From assembly GCF_028368995.1 (NCBI RefSeq), contig NZ_JAQNDL010000002.1:1184001-1248000 (forward strand): a stretch of 64,000 nucleotides of DNA, read 5' to 3'. This document shows, in pieces, positions 1 to 11,218 of the stretch; within the stretch, counting starts at the first letter, position 1, and each line of letters starts with the position of its first letter. A program made the translations under genes and the position numbers. The notes beneath the pieces were generated by a model. It searched no databases. It had not been told where the DNA came from and saw only the letters and a program-made list of their open reading frames with translations. The stretch is from Nannocystis bainbridge. GTDB taxonomy: Bacteria > Myxococcota_A > Polyangia > Nannocystales > Nannocystaceae.

Positions 1-673
1 CGGCGGCGACGACGGCCTCGGCGACGGCGGCGACCCGCGGGACCAGCAGCTCGAAGTTGCGGGCCGCGCCGCCTTTGGGCTCGACCATCGAGAACTTGAG
101 GGTGACGCCGGCGAACCCGGCGACGAGGTCGACGAGGCCGCGCAGGTGGGCGACGTTCTGGCGGGTGACGACGCAGTTGACGGTGAGGTCGAGGTCGCGG
201 CCGGCGAGGTTGCGCAGGGCGGCCACGGCCTGATCGAAGGCGTCGCTGCGGACCAGGCGGTTGTGCACCGGGGCGCTGCCGCCGTGCAGCGAGAGGTAGA
301 CGTAGCGCAGGCGGTGGGCGAGGAGCTTGTCGGTGAGCTCGGGGTAGGCGAGCGCGCGGCCGTTGGTGACGAGGCCGAGGTCGAGGCCGAGGTCGGCGAT
401 CCGCGCGGCCCAGCGGAGCAGCTCGGGCCGGATCGTCGGCTCGCCGCCGGACAGGACGACCATGCTGTGTCCGAGCTCGGCGGCGCGGAGGATCTTGCGC
501 TCGACCTCCTCGGCGTCGCCGTCGATCGGGCGCACATCGAGCGTGTGACAAAAGGTGCAGTGCTCGTTGCAGCCGTAGCCGACCTTGATCAGCGCCTTGT
601 AGTCGCCGGGCTGGAGCCTCGGGGGCCGCGGGGGCCGCGGGCCGGCCCATGCGGGGTGGGAGCGATCGTCCAT
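1..673 (-). CDS. Radical SAM protein (HxsC-like), C-terminus runs off the left edge; absent from the ORF track
   Basis: Manual translation from ATG at 673: MDDRSHP...KALIKVGYGCNEHCTFCHTL (CxxxCxxC)...VVLSGGEPTIRP...LVTNGRALAY...VYLSLHGGSAPVHNRLV. Frame is open to the window edge. Confidence 0.9.
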   Translation of the reverse strand, partial: MDDRSHPAWAGPRPPRPPRLQPGDYKALIKVGYGCNEHCTFCHTLDVRPIDGDAEEVERKILRAAELGHSMVVLSGGEPTIRPELLRWAARIADLGLDLGLVTNGRALAYPELTDKLLAHRLRYVYLSLHGGSAPVHNRLVRSDAFDQAVAALRNLAGRDLDLTVNCVVTRQNVAHLRGLVDLVAGFAGVTLKFSMVEPKGGAARNFELLVPRVAAVAEAVVAA

Positions 674-713
674 GCGCGGCGCCGATGCTATCGCGTCCTC
701 GCGGCGCTCGGCA

Positions 714-836
714 GCGAGGGCTCGCGTAAAAGTCGGGGGCCGAGGTCGCAGCGGCGATGGGGGCGTGAGGGCGGCGAGGGCTCACGCACCACCTCGGGGC
801 CGAGGGTCGCGGCGGTGGTGGGGGCGTGAGGGCGGC
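714..836. repeat. Imperfect ~60-bp tandem duplication in the divergent intergenic region
   Basis: GGGGCCGAGG(G)TCGC..GGCG..GGGGGCGTGAGGGCGGC occurs at about 736-775 and 796-836. Confidence 0.6.
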
Positions 837-904
837 CGGCGCCCGGGTCGCCTTGACGCAGGCTGTGGGGGGCGGGTACGTTGGCTCCGATCAGGAACGA
901 CTGC

Positions 905-1393
905 ATGAAGTCTTCGCCGCGTGTCGCTCGTCGCAAGGTCCTCGCCGTCCTCGGAGTCGCCGCTGCCGGCGTGTCGACCGCGGTGTGCACGCTCCGCCCG
1001 CGCACGACGGCCCCGTCGTCCGCGGCGCCGCTGGCCGGTCTGGTCGGGCCGCTCGGCGAGTGGCGCGTCGAGCAGGTGCTGCCGCTGGTCGCAGGCGCGG
1101 TGCCGGTGCTGATGCGCACCCCCGCGGGCCAGAAGTTCCAGGTCGATCTGCTGCGCGCCGAGGACGAAGGGCCCCGCGCGGTCGCCCAGGCGGGCGGGCT
1201 GGCGCTGTACCTCGCCAACGGCGGCGCGGGCGACCGGCCGTCGACCGCGGTCGAGGAGCAGGGCGCCCGGGCGCTGGCGCAGCGGCTGGCGCAGCTGGCG
1301 AGCGAGCGCGGGGCGCCGGCGATCCCCGGGCTGCTGACGCTGTCCGAGCGGCTGGCGTCGCACCGCCAGGCCGTGCTGACGCCGTGGGCCTGA
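905..1393 (+). CDS. Hypothetical exported protein with a twin-arginine-like signal
   Basis: ATG 905 preceded by AGGA; MKSSPRVARRKVLAVLGVAAAGVSTAVC gives RR plus a hydrophobic stretch. Confidence 0.7.
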   Translation: MKSSPRVARRKVLAVLGVAAAGVSTAVCTLRPRTTAPSSAAPLAGLVGPLGEWRVEQVLPLVAGAVPVLMRTPAGQKFQVDLLRAEDEGPRAVAQAGGLALYLANGGAGDRPSTAVEEQGARALAQRLAQLASERGAPAIPGLLTLSERLASHRQAVLTPWA

Positions 1394-1408
1394 GCGGCGC
1401 CGCGGCGA

Positions 1409-1582
1409 GGCCCTGTCTGGAGGGACAGGGCGTTCGGGACATGTCGTATGGGGCAGGTGCGAAAGGTCCTGTCCGAACGGACAGGGCGCTGCGAACATGG
1501 CGCGAGGGACAGAGCGCCTGTTTGAAAGGACAGGCGTGGTGCGTGGTGCGTGAGGCAGGAGCGCCTGTCCGAAGGGACAGGT
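1409..1582. repeat. 14-bp-phased TGTCC-N4-GGACA-type array
   Basis: Cores (CCTG/CAGG/CATG/CAGA) at 1412, 1426, 1440, 1454, 1468, 1482, 1496, 1510; further pairs at 1517/1531 and 1564/1578. Confidence 0.85.
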
Positions 1583-2426
1583 GGATGTGAGCCTGGCGGG
1601 CGTCGAGCCGGCGAGCGCGGACGGCCAGAGCGCTCTCGCGGCGCTCGTGCGCGCGGGCGGCGGGACGCTGACGCTGGCGGGGGCCGAGGTGCCGGTGCTC
1701 GCGGCCTGGGCTGCGGCGGCGCGGGCGGCCGGGTTCGCGCGCGTGTGGGTCGCGGCAGGGCCGGCGGGGCTGACGGCGGAGGCGCTCGCGGGGCTCGCGG
1801 GCGCGGGGCTGGGCGGGCTGCGGCTGCGACTGTACGCGGCCGAGGCGGCGGCGCACGACTACCACGCCGGTCACGAGGGATCGTTCCGGGCCACGCTGGG
1901 GACGGCCCGGGCGGCCCGGGCGGCGCGGCTGCCGGTGACGGTGACGACGCCGCTGACGCGCTCCAATTCGCGGGTGATGGCGGCGCTGCCGGGGCTGCTC
2001 GCGGACATCGGCGCGCTCGGGTGGCAGGTAGCGACGGTGGCGGCGGGCGGCTCGGCGAACCACGGGGCGGTGGCGCCGCGGCTGGCGGTCGCGCTGCCCT
2101 ACGCGCTGCAGGCGATGGTGGCGGCGGAGCGCGTCGGTCTGTTGGCCGCGATCGCCGGGGCGCCGCTGTGCTTGCTCGGGCCGCTGCGCGATCGCTCGGT
2201 GGCGACGCCGGTGCGGGCGTTCGCCGACGCGTGCAGCGGTTGTGCGCTGCGGCCGGGCTGTCCGGGGCTCGACGCCGCGTACCTGGGCCGCTTCGGCGCG
2301 GGCGAGCTGGTGCCGGTGACGCAGGGCGGGGGGCCGGTGGCGAGCGGCGCGCGGTCGATGAAACTCCGGGACATGTTCTCGGGGCCATGGCTCGAGCTGT
2401 CGGAGGGCCCGTGCTGGCCGATCTGA
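1581..2426 (+). CDS. Degenerate radical SAM-like protein: no CxxxCxxC, retains the C-terminal Cys cluster
   Basis: Core resembles its neighbours (AHDYHAGHEGSFRATL, VTTPLTRSN, PLCLL) and the C-terminus is CSGCALRPGCPGLDAAYLGRFGAGEL. An in-frame TGA at 1551 prevents N-terminal extension. Confidence 0.75.
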   Translation: MDVSLAGVEPASADGQSALAALVRAGGGTLTLAGAEVPVLAAWAAAARAAGFARVWVAAGPAGLTAEALAGLAGAGLGGLRLRLYAAEAAAHDYHAGHEGSFRATLGTARAARAARLPVTVTTPLTRSNSRVMAALPGLLADIGALGWQVATVAAGGSANHGAVAPRLAVALPYALQAMVAAERVGLLAAIAGAPLCLLGPLRDRSVATPVRAFADACSGCALRPGCPGLDAAYLGRFGAGELVPVTQGGGPVASGARSMKLRDMFSGPWLELSEGPCWPI

Positions 2427-3577
2427 CGCTGCCGGATTTCGGCTCGGACACGGCGCGCGGGCTGTTCTCGATGGCGCTGCGGCGGGCGCTGACGGAGCTC
2501 GTGCGGCTGCCCGCGGGGCCGGGGCCGAACGGGGCGGCGTGGGGGCGGTTTGCGCCCGAGCTGCGGCGGATCGCCGGGCGAGCGCCGGGGGCTCTTGCGA
2601 GCGCGGTGCGACGGCCGACGATCGGGACGCTGATCCGCTGCCTGCGCGGGCGGCCCGACCCGGCGCTGCAGGGCGAGCTGCTGGCGACGCTGGCGCTCGA
2701 GCTGGCGGTGGCGGGTGTGCTCGAGGACAGGTGCGTCGTGCCGCAGCCGCCGGCCGAGGTGCTGTGCCTGGCCGCGCGCTGCGCCCTGCGGCCGCCGCCG
2801 GGCCCGCTGACGATCGGGCCGGGCGGGTGGCAGGCGGGCGGGGTCGGCGGGGCGATCGCAGAGGACTTCGGGACATGTGCTTCGGAGCATGTCGTGAAGG
2901 ACATGTACGAGAGCGTCGCGGGGCCGGTCGCGCTGGCGCTGCGGCGCGACAACAACCCGCTGGCGCAGCTCGAGGCGCACCCCGACAAGTCGGGCAGTGG
3001 GCTCGATCTCGGGGGGCAGCCGGTCGCGGCCTGGGTGGCGGGGCTGCGCGCGGGGCTCGAGCAAATCGCGGCGCACCTGCCGGGGCTGCGGGCAGAGCTC
3101 GACGTCGGGCTGTCGCTGATCGTGCCGGTCGGTCACGACCGAGAACGGCACCTGTCGGCGTCGTACCAGGAGGCGATCGGGACGGTCTACCTGAGCCTGC
3201 ACCCGAGCGCGCTCACCCTGGCGGAGGCGCTGATCCACGAGTTCTCGCACAACAAGCTCCACGCGCTGCTCGAGCAGGGGCCGCTGCTCGAGAACGCCTG
3301 GTCGCCGCTGTACGCCTCGCCGGTGCGGCCCGACCCGCGGCCGCTGCACGGGGTGCTGCTGGCGGCCCACGCGTTCCTGCCGGTGGCGGCGATGCTCGAG
3401 TCGATGCTGTCCTCCGGGACAGGCGAGGTCGAGGGCCGGCTGCAGCAGGTGGCGCGCGGCAACCACGAGGCGGTCGAGACGCTGCGGCTGCACGCGCGGC
3501 CGACGGCCCTGGGGGCGCCGCTGCTGGCCGAGATGACGCGGCTCGACGATCGCTTCCGGCGCTGGTGGGAGGGCTGA
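2411..3577 (+). CDS. HExxH-motif peptide-modification protein (aKG-HExxH beta-hydroxylase-like)
   Basis: LAEALIHEFSHNKLH, YASPVRPDPRPLHGVLLAAHAF and HLSASYQEAIGTVYL motifs. Start taken as GTG 2411 with GGAGG upstream; the track's longer 1550 start overlaps the previous gene. Confidence 0.88.
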   Translation: MLADLTLPDFGSDTARGLFSMALRRALTELVRLPAGPGPNGAAWGRFAPELRRIAGRAPGALASAVRRPTIGTLIRCLRGRPDPALQGELLATLALELAVAGVLEDRCVVPQPPAEVLCLAARCALRPPPGPLTIGPGGWQAGGVGGAIAEDFGTCASEHVVKDMYESVAGPVALALRRDNNPLAQLEAHPDKSGSGLDLGGQPVAAWVAGLRAGLEQIAAHLPGLRAELDVGLSLIVPVGHDRERHLSASYQEAIGTVYLSLHPSALTLAEALIHEFSHNKLHALLEQGPLLENAWSPLYASPVRPDPRPLHGVLLAAHAFLPVAAMLESMLSSGTGEVEGRLQQVARGNHEAVETLRLHARPTALGAPLLAEMTRLDDRFRRWWEG

Positions 3578-3578
3578 G

Positions 3579-4508
3579 GTGCCGGGGCTGCTCGACATGA
3601 TCCTCGGCTACGACTGCAACCTGTGGTGCGACTACTGCACGATCGGTCCGGAGCTGCGCGGGCGGGCGATGTCGACGGCGCACGCGCTGGCGTCGCTGCG
3701 GCAGGGGCGGGCGCAGGGGCTCGACGCGCTGTCGCTCACGGGCGGCGAGCCGACGATCCGCCCCGACCTGCTGACGATCGTGCGCGCCGGTCGGACGCTC
3801 GGGTTCGTCGACATCAAGGTGCAGTCGAACGGGCTGATGTACGCGCACGGCGACAACCTGGCGCGGCTGCTCGCGGCCGGGGCGACGCGGCTGCATGTGT
3901 CGGTGCACACCCACCGGGCCGACCGCTACGAGCAGCTGGTCCGAAGGACAGGTACGTACGCGGCCATGGTCGGCGGGCTGCAGCGGGCGGTCGAGAGCGG
4001 GGCGGCGCTGGTCGTCGACCTGATCGTCAAGCGCGATACGATGGCCGACCTGCCGGCGGCGATCGAGTGGCTGGGCGAGCTCGGGGTGCGCGCGGTCGAC
4101 CTCTGGTACGTGTCGCTGACCGACGCCAACGCGGCCCACCCCGAGTCGCTGCCGCGCATGACCGAGGCGCTGCCGTTCGTGAAGGAGGCGCTGGCGCGCG
4201 GGCGCGAGCAGGCGATGACGCTGCGCTCGCTGCACGTGCCGCGCTGTCTGTTGGGTGAGGATCATCCGCACGCGTGGGACCCCGGCGCCGACGAGGTGGT
4301 GGTGGTGACGCCGGAGGCCACGTTCGCGCTGAAGGACAGCCGCCTGGCCGGGCGGGTCAAGGTGCCGGCGTGCGCGGGCTGTCCTTTCGAGCAGGTCTGT
4401 CCGGGCGTGCGGCCGGACTACCTGGCGCGCTTCGGCGACGGCGAGATCGCGGCGGCGCGCGGACAAGCGGCCTCGCGCGGACCGACGCACCTGCCGATCG
4501 CGCCGTGA
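3579..4508 (+). CDS. Radical SAM protein (HxsC-like)
   Basis: CNLWCDYC, LTGGEPTIRP, QSNG, VSVH; C-terminal CAGCPFEQVCPGVRPDYLARFGDGE. Starts 1 nt after the HExxH stop. Confidence 0.92.
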   Translation: MPGLLDMILGYDCNLWCDYCTIGPELRGRAMSTAHALASLRQGRAQGLDALSLTGGEPTIRPDLLTIVRAGRTLGFVDIKVQSNGLMYAHGDNLARLLAAGATRLHVSVHTHRADRYEQLVRRTGTYAAMVGGLQRAVESGAALVVDLIVKRDTMADLPAAIEWLGELGVRAVDLWYVSLTDANAAHPESLPRMTEALPFVKEALARGREQAMTLRSLHVPRCLLGEDHPHAWDPGADEVVVVTPEATFALKDSRLAGRVKVPACAGCPFEQVCPGVRPDYLARFGDGEIAAARGQAASRGPTHLPIAP

Positions 4509-4510
4509 GG

Positions 4511-4641
4511 CGCGCGGGCAGGGGGCGACCGACCGAGCGCGCCATGACGACGCGCGGGCAGGGGGCGACCGACCGAGCGCGCCATGACGACGCGCGGGCA
4601 GGGGGCGACCGACCGAGCGCGCCATGACGACGCGCGGGCAG
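4511..4641. repeat. Perfect 40-bp tandem repeat, about 3.3 copies
   Basis: CGCGCGGGCAGGGGGCGACCGACCGAGCGCGCCATGACGA at 4511, 4551 and 4591, partial at 4631. Confidence 0.95.
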
Positions 4642-4771
4642 AGTGGCGTGCGGGCCGACTCTGCTGCCGATAGCGCGGGCAGGGGCGCTTTGTGGGCCGA
4701 CTCTGCTGCCGATCGCGTCGTGATGCCGCGGCGCTCGGCAGTTCGGTAGCGGTCGGGCGGCTCGCCGGGTT

Positions 4772-4837
4772 TCACATGTCGCGGAGGACATGCGCGAGAG
4801 GACATGTCCCCGACGACCTGGCGCCCGGGACATGTCC
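4772..4837. repeat. 14-bp-phased array
   Basis: Cores at 4775, 4789, 4803, 4817, 4831. Confidence 0.85.
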
Positions 4838-4852
4838 CTCGCTGAGGACGAC

Positions 4853-7783
<2,931 letters not shown>

Positions 7784-7929
7784 GGCCGCGCCCCTGTGCA
7801 GGTGAAAGTTTGCGCACGGGTGCAGGTGTTCAGGTGCGATCGCGCTCAGTCCGCAAACCGGCTCCAGGGCCGGCGTCGACTTCAAAGCTTCTCAAGCGCG
7901 CCGGCTGCCCCTATTAACAAGGGCCCCGC

Positions 7930-8009
7930 GCCCGGGTGGTGGAATCGGTAGACACAGGGGACTTAAAATCCCCGGCGCAAGCGTGCGGGTTCGAGTCCCG
8001 CCCCGGGCA
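7930..8009 (+). tRNA. tRNA-Leu (anticodon TAA), CCA not encoded
   Basis: GCCCGGG/CCCGGGC acceptor stem, GGGGA-CTTAAAA-TCCCC anticodon arm, long variable arm, GGTTCGAGTCC T-loop. Confidence 0.96.
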
Positions 8010-8110
8010 CATCGGATCCTGGCCGCCGTCGGCCACGATCCCGACGCGGCGAGAGCGGCGGCGATCGCGGCGCCCCGCCGCGGTCGGGGCGGCGAGTTCG
8101 GCGTCGCGGC

Positions 8111-8271
8111 GGACATGGCCTTGCGAACATGTCCTTCAGGGCATGGCCGCAGAGGCATGTCGACACGAGGTGATTCTGCTGTCTCTTCGGGCATGTCCTT
8201 CGGGGCATGGTCGAAGGGTCATGCGGCGCTCGGGGACCTGCCTCGCGCCATATGGCCTGCGGGACAGGTCA
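8111..8271. repeat. 14-bp-phased array
   Basis: CATG at 8114, 8128, 8142, 8156; 8192, 8206, 8220; variant cores at 8237, 8251, 8265. Confidence 0.88.
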
Positions 8272-9366
8272 GGGCTTGAAGGCGTCGGCCAGCCACAGCC
8301 AGCGGAACTCGCACTGCGCGGGCGGGGCGGCCCAGGAGCGCAGGTTGTAGAAGCTGCCGGCGATCGTCTCGACCTGGTCGTGGTTCTGGTCGAACAGCGG
8401 GATCTTGGCCGGCTTGGCCTCCGCGATGCCGGCGACGACCGGCTCGCCGACGAACTGGCCGACGAGCTCGTAGCTGCCGGGCGGGCTGCCGCAGGAGGTG
8501 TTGCCGGCGCACGGGGCGACGAGGTCGGCCTCGACGCCGAACTCGAGCACCTCGGGCCACGGGGCCGGCAGCAGCTCGGTGCTCCCCACGCCGGCGGCGG
8601 CGACGAACAGGCTCGAGGCGAGGTTGTTGAGGTTGCCCGGCCTGGCGAAGCGGACGATGCGGGTGTTGCAGGTGTTGGGGTCGGCGAAGCCGGTGCCGAC
8701 GTAGCCGACCATCAAACAGGTGCCGATGGCGATGTCGGGCAAGTGGGTGGCGGGCGCGTCGACGTGCACGGTGATGGTCTGGTTGGCGAGGCACTGGGTG
8801 TTGCCCTGCACGCAGTCCTGGGCCGAGTTGCAGGCGCGGACCTTGTAGGTGCCGGCGCTGGGCTTGGCCTCGAGCACGCCCTGGATGATCGGGCCGAGCG
8901 GGGCGTTGCAGCCCTGCGGGGCGGGGCTGTGCTGGACGGTGACGGCGAGGGTCGGGGCGTCGACCTGCGAACACAGGTCGGGCTGGCCGAGGTCGAGCTT
9001 GGGCTCCGTGGTGTCGCCGATGGTCGTGCTGGCGGTCGCGTCGCTGTCGGAGCTGCTCGTCGCCAGCGTGTCGCCGTCGGTGGTGGTGTCCGGCGCGGTG
9101 GTCACGGGCGCGGTGGTGCCGGTGCTCGCGGGGGCGGTGGTGTCGCTGGTGCCGCCGTGGGTGGTGCTCGGGTCGGTGGCGCTCGAGCCGCCGCTGCCGG
9201 TCGCATCGCTGGTGCTGACGGTGCTCGATCCGGCGCTCGTGGAGCTCAGGGAATCGCCGGAGCTGCTGTCGAGGTGGCCCTGGGTGGCGTGATAGGCCGG
9301 GTTGGGCATCGTGCAGGCCGCGAGGAGGACGATGCAGAGGCCAGGCGAGCAGATCGGGCGGCGCAT
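8269..9366 (-). CDS. Lipoprotein with Ser/Thr-rich linker and Cys-containing C-terminal domain
   Basis: Lipobox LLAAC, long S/T/D-rich tether, several paired cysteines. Confidence 0.8.
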   Translation of the reverse strand: MRRPICSPGLCIVLLAACTMPNPAYHATQGHLDSSSGDSLSSTSAGSSTVSTSDATGSGGSSATDPSTTHGGTSDTTAPASTGTTAPVTTAPDTTTDGDTLATSSSDSDATASTTIGDTTEPKLDLGQPDLCSQVDAPTLAVTVQHSPAPQGCNAPLGPIIQGVLEAKPSAGTYKVRACNSAQDCVQGNTQCLANQTITVHVDAPATHLPDIAIGTCLMVGYVGTGFADPNTCNTRIVRFARPGNLNNLASSLFVAAAGVGSTELLPAPWPEVLEFGVEADLVAPCAGNTSCGSPPGSYELVGQFVGEPVVAGIAEAKPAKIPLFDQNHDQVETIAGSFYNLRSWAAPPAQCEFRWLWLADAFKP

Positions 9367-9487
9367 GATGCGAGGCTAGTCGGCGCCCGTGCGCGGGGGC
9401 AAGGGCAACGACGCGCCGGCGCAATTTCGCCCGTGGGACCGCTGCGCGGCGGATTGGCTGGATCTGGAGGGAATGGACCTGGCGGAA

Positions 9488-9802
9488 GGGACAGGTCGCG
9501 CGAGGTGGGGGCTTCTGGCGACGACATGTCCCGGGGCTCGTGACGCGCACGAGCGATATGTCGGAAGGGACAGGTCGTGTGCTCGCGGCGGGTGAGGTTG
9601 ATATGTCGGAATGGACAGGTCGTTCGCTCGCGGCGGCGAGGTCGACATGTCGCAAGGGACAGGTACATCGTGCTCGCGGCGGGTGAGGTTGATATGTCAG
9701 AAGGGACAGGTCGTGCGCTCGCGGCGGGCGAGGCCGACATGTCGCAAGGGATAGGTCGTTCGCTCGCGGCGGTCATGTCGACATATCGCAAGGGACAGGT
9801 CG
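9488..9802. repeat. About 45-bp tandem repeat (~6 copies), each carrying one 14-bp TGTC-N6-GACA unit
   Basis: Core pairs at 9557/9571, 9602/9616, 9646/9660, 9693/9707, 9738/9752, 9782/9796, separated by variants of TCGTKCGCTCGCGGCGGGYGAGG. Confidence 0.88.
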
Positions 9803-9811
9803 CAGGGAAAC

Positions 9812-11218
9812 TCAGGCGGGCGGGTTGTTCTCGGCGAAGGCCAGGTGGAGGACCATGCGGGCGCCGTCGGTGTGGCGGGTGTCGAGGGCGAGGCGGCCGC
9901 CCGACCCCTCGGTGAGGCCGCGAGCGATCGCAAGGCCGAGGCCGGCGCCCTCGTGGCTGCCTTCGCCGCCGGCGCCGCGGAAGAACGGGGTGAAGATGTG
10001 CGGCTGATCCTCGACGGGGACCCCCGGACCCTGATCGACGACGGCGAGCTCGACGCCGCCGTCGACGACGACGACCTCGACGCGGACCTCGCCGCCGGGC
10101 GGGCTGTGGACGACGGCGTTGTCGATCAGGTTGCGCAGGGCGCGGGCGAGGTCGGCCGCGGCGCCGCGCACCTCGACCGGGAACTCGGCGATCGCGGGCG
10201 GGACGGTGATGGTGACGCCGCCCTCGGCGTGGCCGCGGGCCATTCGCACGGCCTCGCGCACGACGTCGGCGACTTTGGCTCGCGCGCGCGTGGCCGGGGC
10301 GCCGCCCTGGGCGCGAGCGAGCCGCAGCAGATCCTCGGCGAGGGCGATGAGGGCGTCGACCGAGGACAGCATCTCGCGCAGCGCGGCGCGGTACTCGTCG
10401 GCGTCGCGCTCGCGTCGCAGGGCCAGCTGCAGCTCGCCGCGCAGGGTGGCCAGCGGCGAGCGCAGCTCGTGGGCGGCGTGGGAGATGAAGCGCCGCTGCG
10501 ACGACACGACCTCGTCGAGGCGGCTGATCATGTGGTCGAGGTCGGAGGCGAGCGAGCGGGTCTCGTCGGCGCCCATGACCCGCGGGTCGCCGACGCGCGC
10601 GGCGAGGTCCCCCTCGGCGACCAGGCGCGCGACGTGAGCGACCGAGTGGACGTCGCGGGCGAGCCGCTCGCCGAGCAGGCGGGCGATCAGGGCGGTGGCG
10701 GCGGCGGCACAGACGAAGATGAGGAGGAGCAGCTCGAACAGGGCGTTGGTGTCGTCCTCGACGGTGCTCTTGCTGACGGCGTAGAGCAGGGCCTCGCCCT
10801 GATCGCCGGTCGGCATGACGACGCCGCGGAGCCGCGTCTCGCCGAGCTCGAGGTCGACGGCCATGCCGTCCCACGGCAAGGCGCGCCGCAGACCGAGCGC
10901 CTCGAGCGAGGCGGGGGCCTGGCCGACGAAGCTCTCGGACGAGGTCTCGAGCAGGGTGTCGGGGCCGTAGATCGCGGTGTAGCGCGGGGTCGGATCGATG
11001 CTCTCGGGCACGTCGGCGTGGCCCTCGTCGAGCGGGTGGCCGGCGTAGTAGGTGCCGGGCAGGTGCTGGGCGAGGGCGGTGGCCTGGCGGAACAGGGCGT
11101 TGTCGAGGTCGGAGATCTCGAGCGCGCGGATCAGCAGGTAGAGCGGGACGAACGACAGCGCGAGGGCGACGACGGTGACGCCTGTGACCGCGGCGACCAG
11201 GCGGTTGCGGAGCTTCAT
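9812..11218 (-). CDS. Sensor histidine kinase (HAMP-HisKA-HATPase)
   Basis: Two TM segments, AAHELRSPL H-box, NLIDNA, DQGPG, GAGLGLAI. ATG 11218 overlaps the regulator stop. Confidence 0.95.
   Translation of the reverse strand: MKLRNRLVAAVTGVTVVALALSFVPLYLLIRALEISDLDNALFRQATALAQHLPGTYYAGHPLDEGHADVPESIDPTPRYTAIYGPDTLLETSSESFVGQAPASLEALGLRRALPWDGMAVDLELGETRLRGVVMPTGDQGEALLYAVSKSTVEDDTNALFELLLLIFVCAAAATALIARLLGERLARDVHSVAHVARLVAEGDLAARVGDPRVMGADETRSLASDLDHMISRLDEVVSSQRRFISHAAHELRSPLATLRGELQLALRRERDADEYRAALREMLSSVDALIALAEDLLRLARAQGGAPATRARAKVADVVREAVRMARGHAEGGVTITVPPAIAEFPVEVRGAAADLARALRNLIDNAVVHSPPGGEVRVEVVVVDGGVELAVVDQGPGVPVEDQPHIFTPFFRGAGGEGSHEGAGLGLAIARGLTEGSGGRLALDTRHTDGARMVLHLAFAENNPPA

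Noticed and set aside
146-829. 227-aa plus-strand ORF
   Set aside because: Shadow of the minus-strand radical SAM gene, which has clear motifs.
1550-2410. 675-aa version of the HExxH protein
   Set aside because: The Arg/Gly-rich extension is an off-frame read of the 1581-2426 gene; GTG 2411 has a ribosome-binding site.
8010-9800. Genomic island integrated at tRNA-Leu
   Set aside because: No integrase, no repeated tRNA 3' end and no compositional shift.
9488-9802. CRISPR-like repeat-spacer pattern
   Set aside because: The linkers resemble each other rather than being unique spacers, and no cas genes are present.
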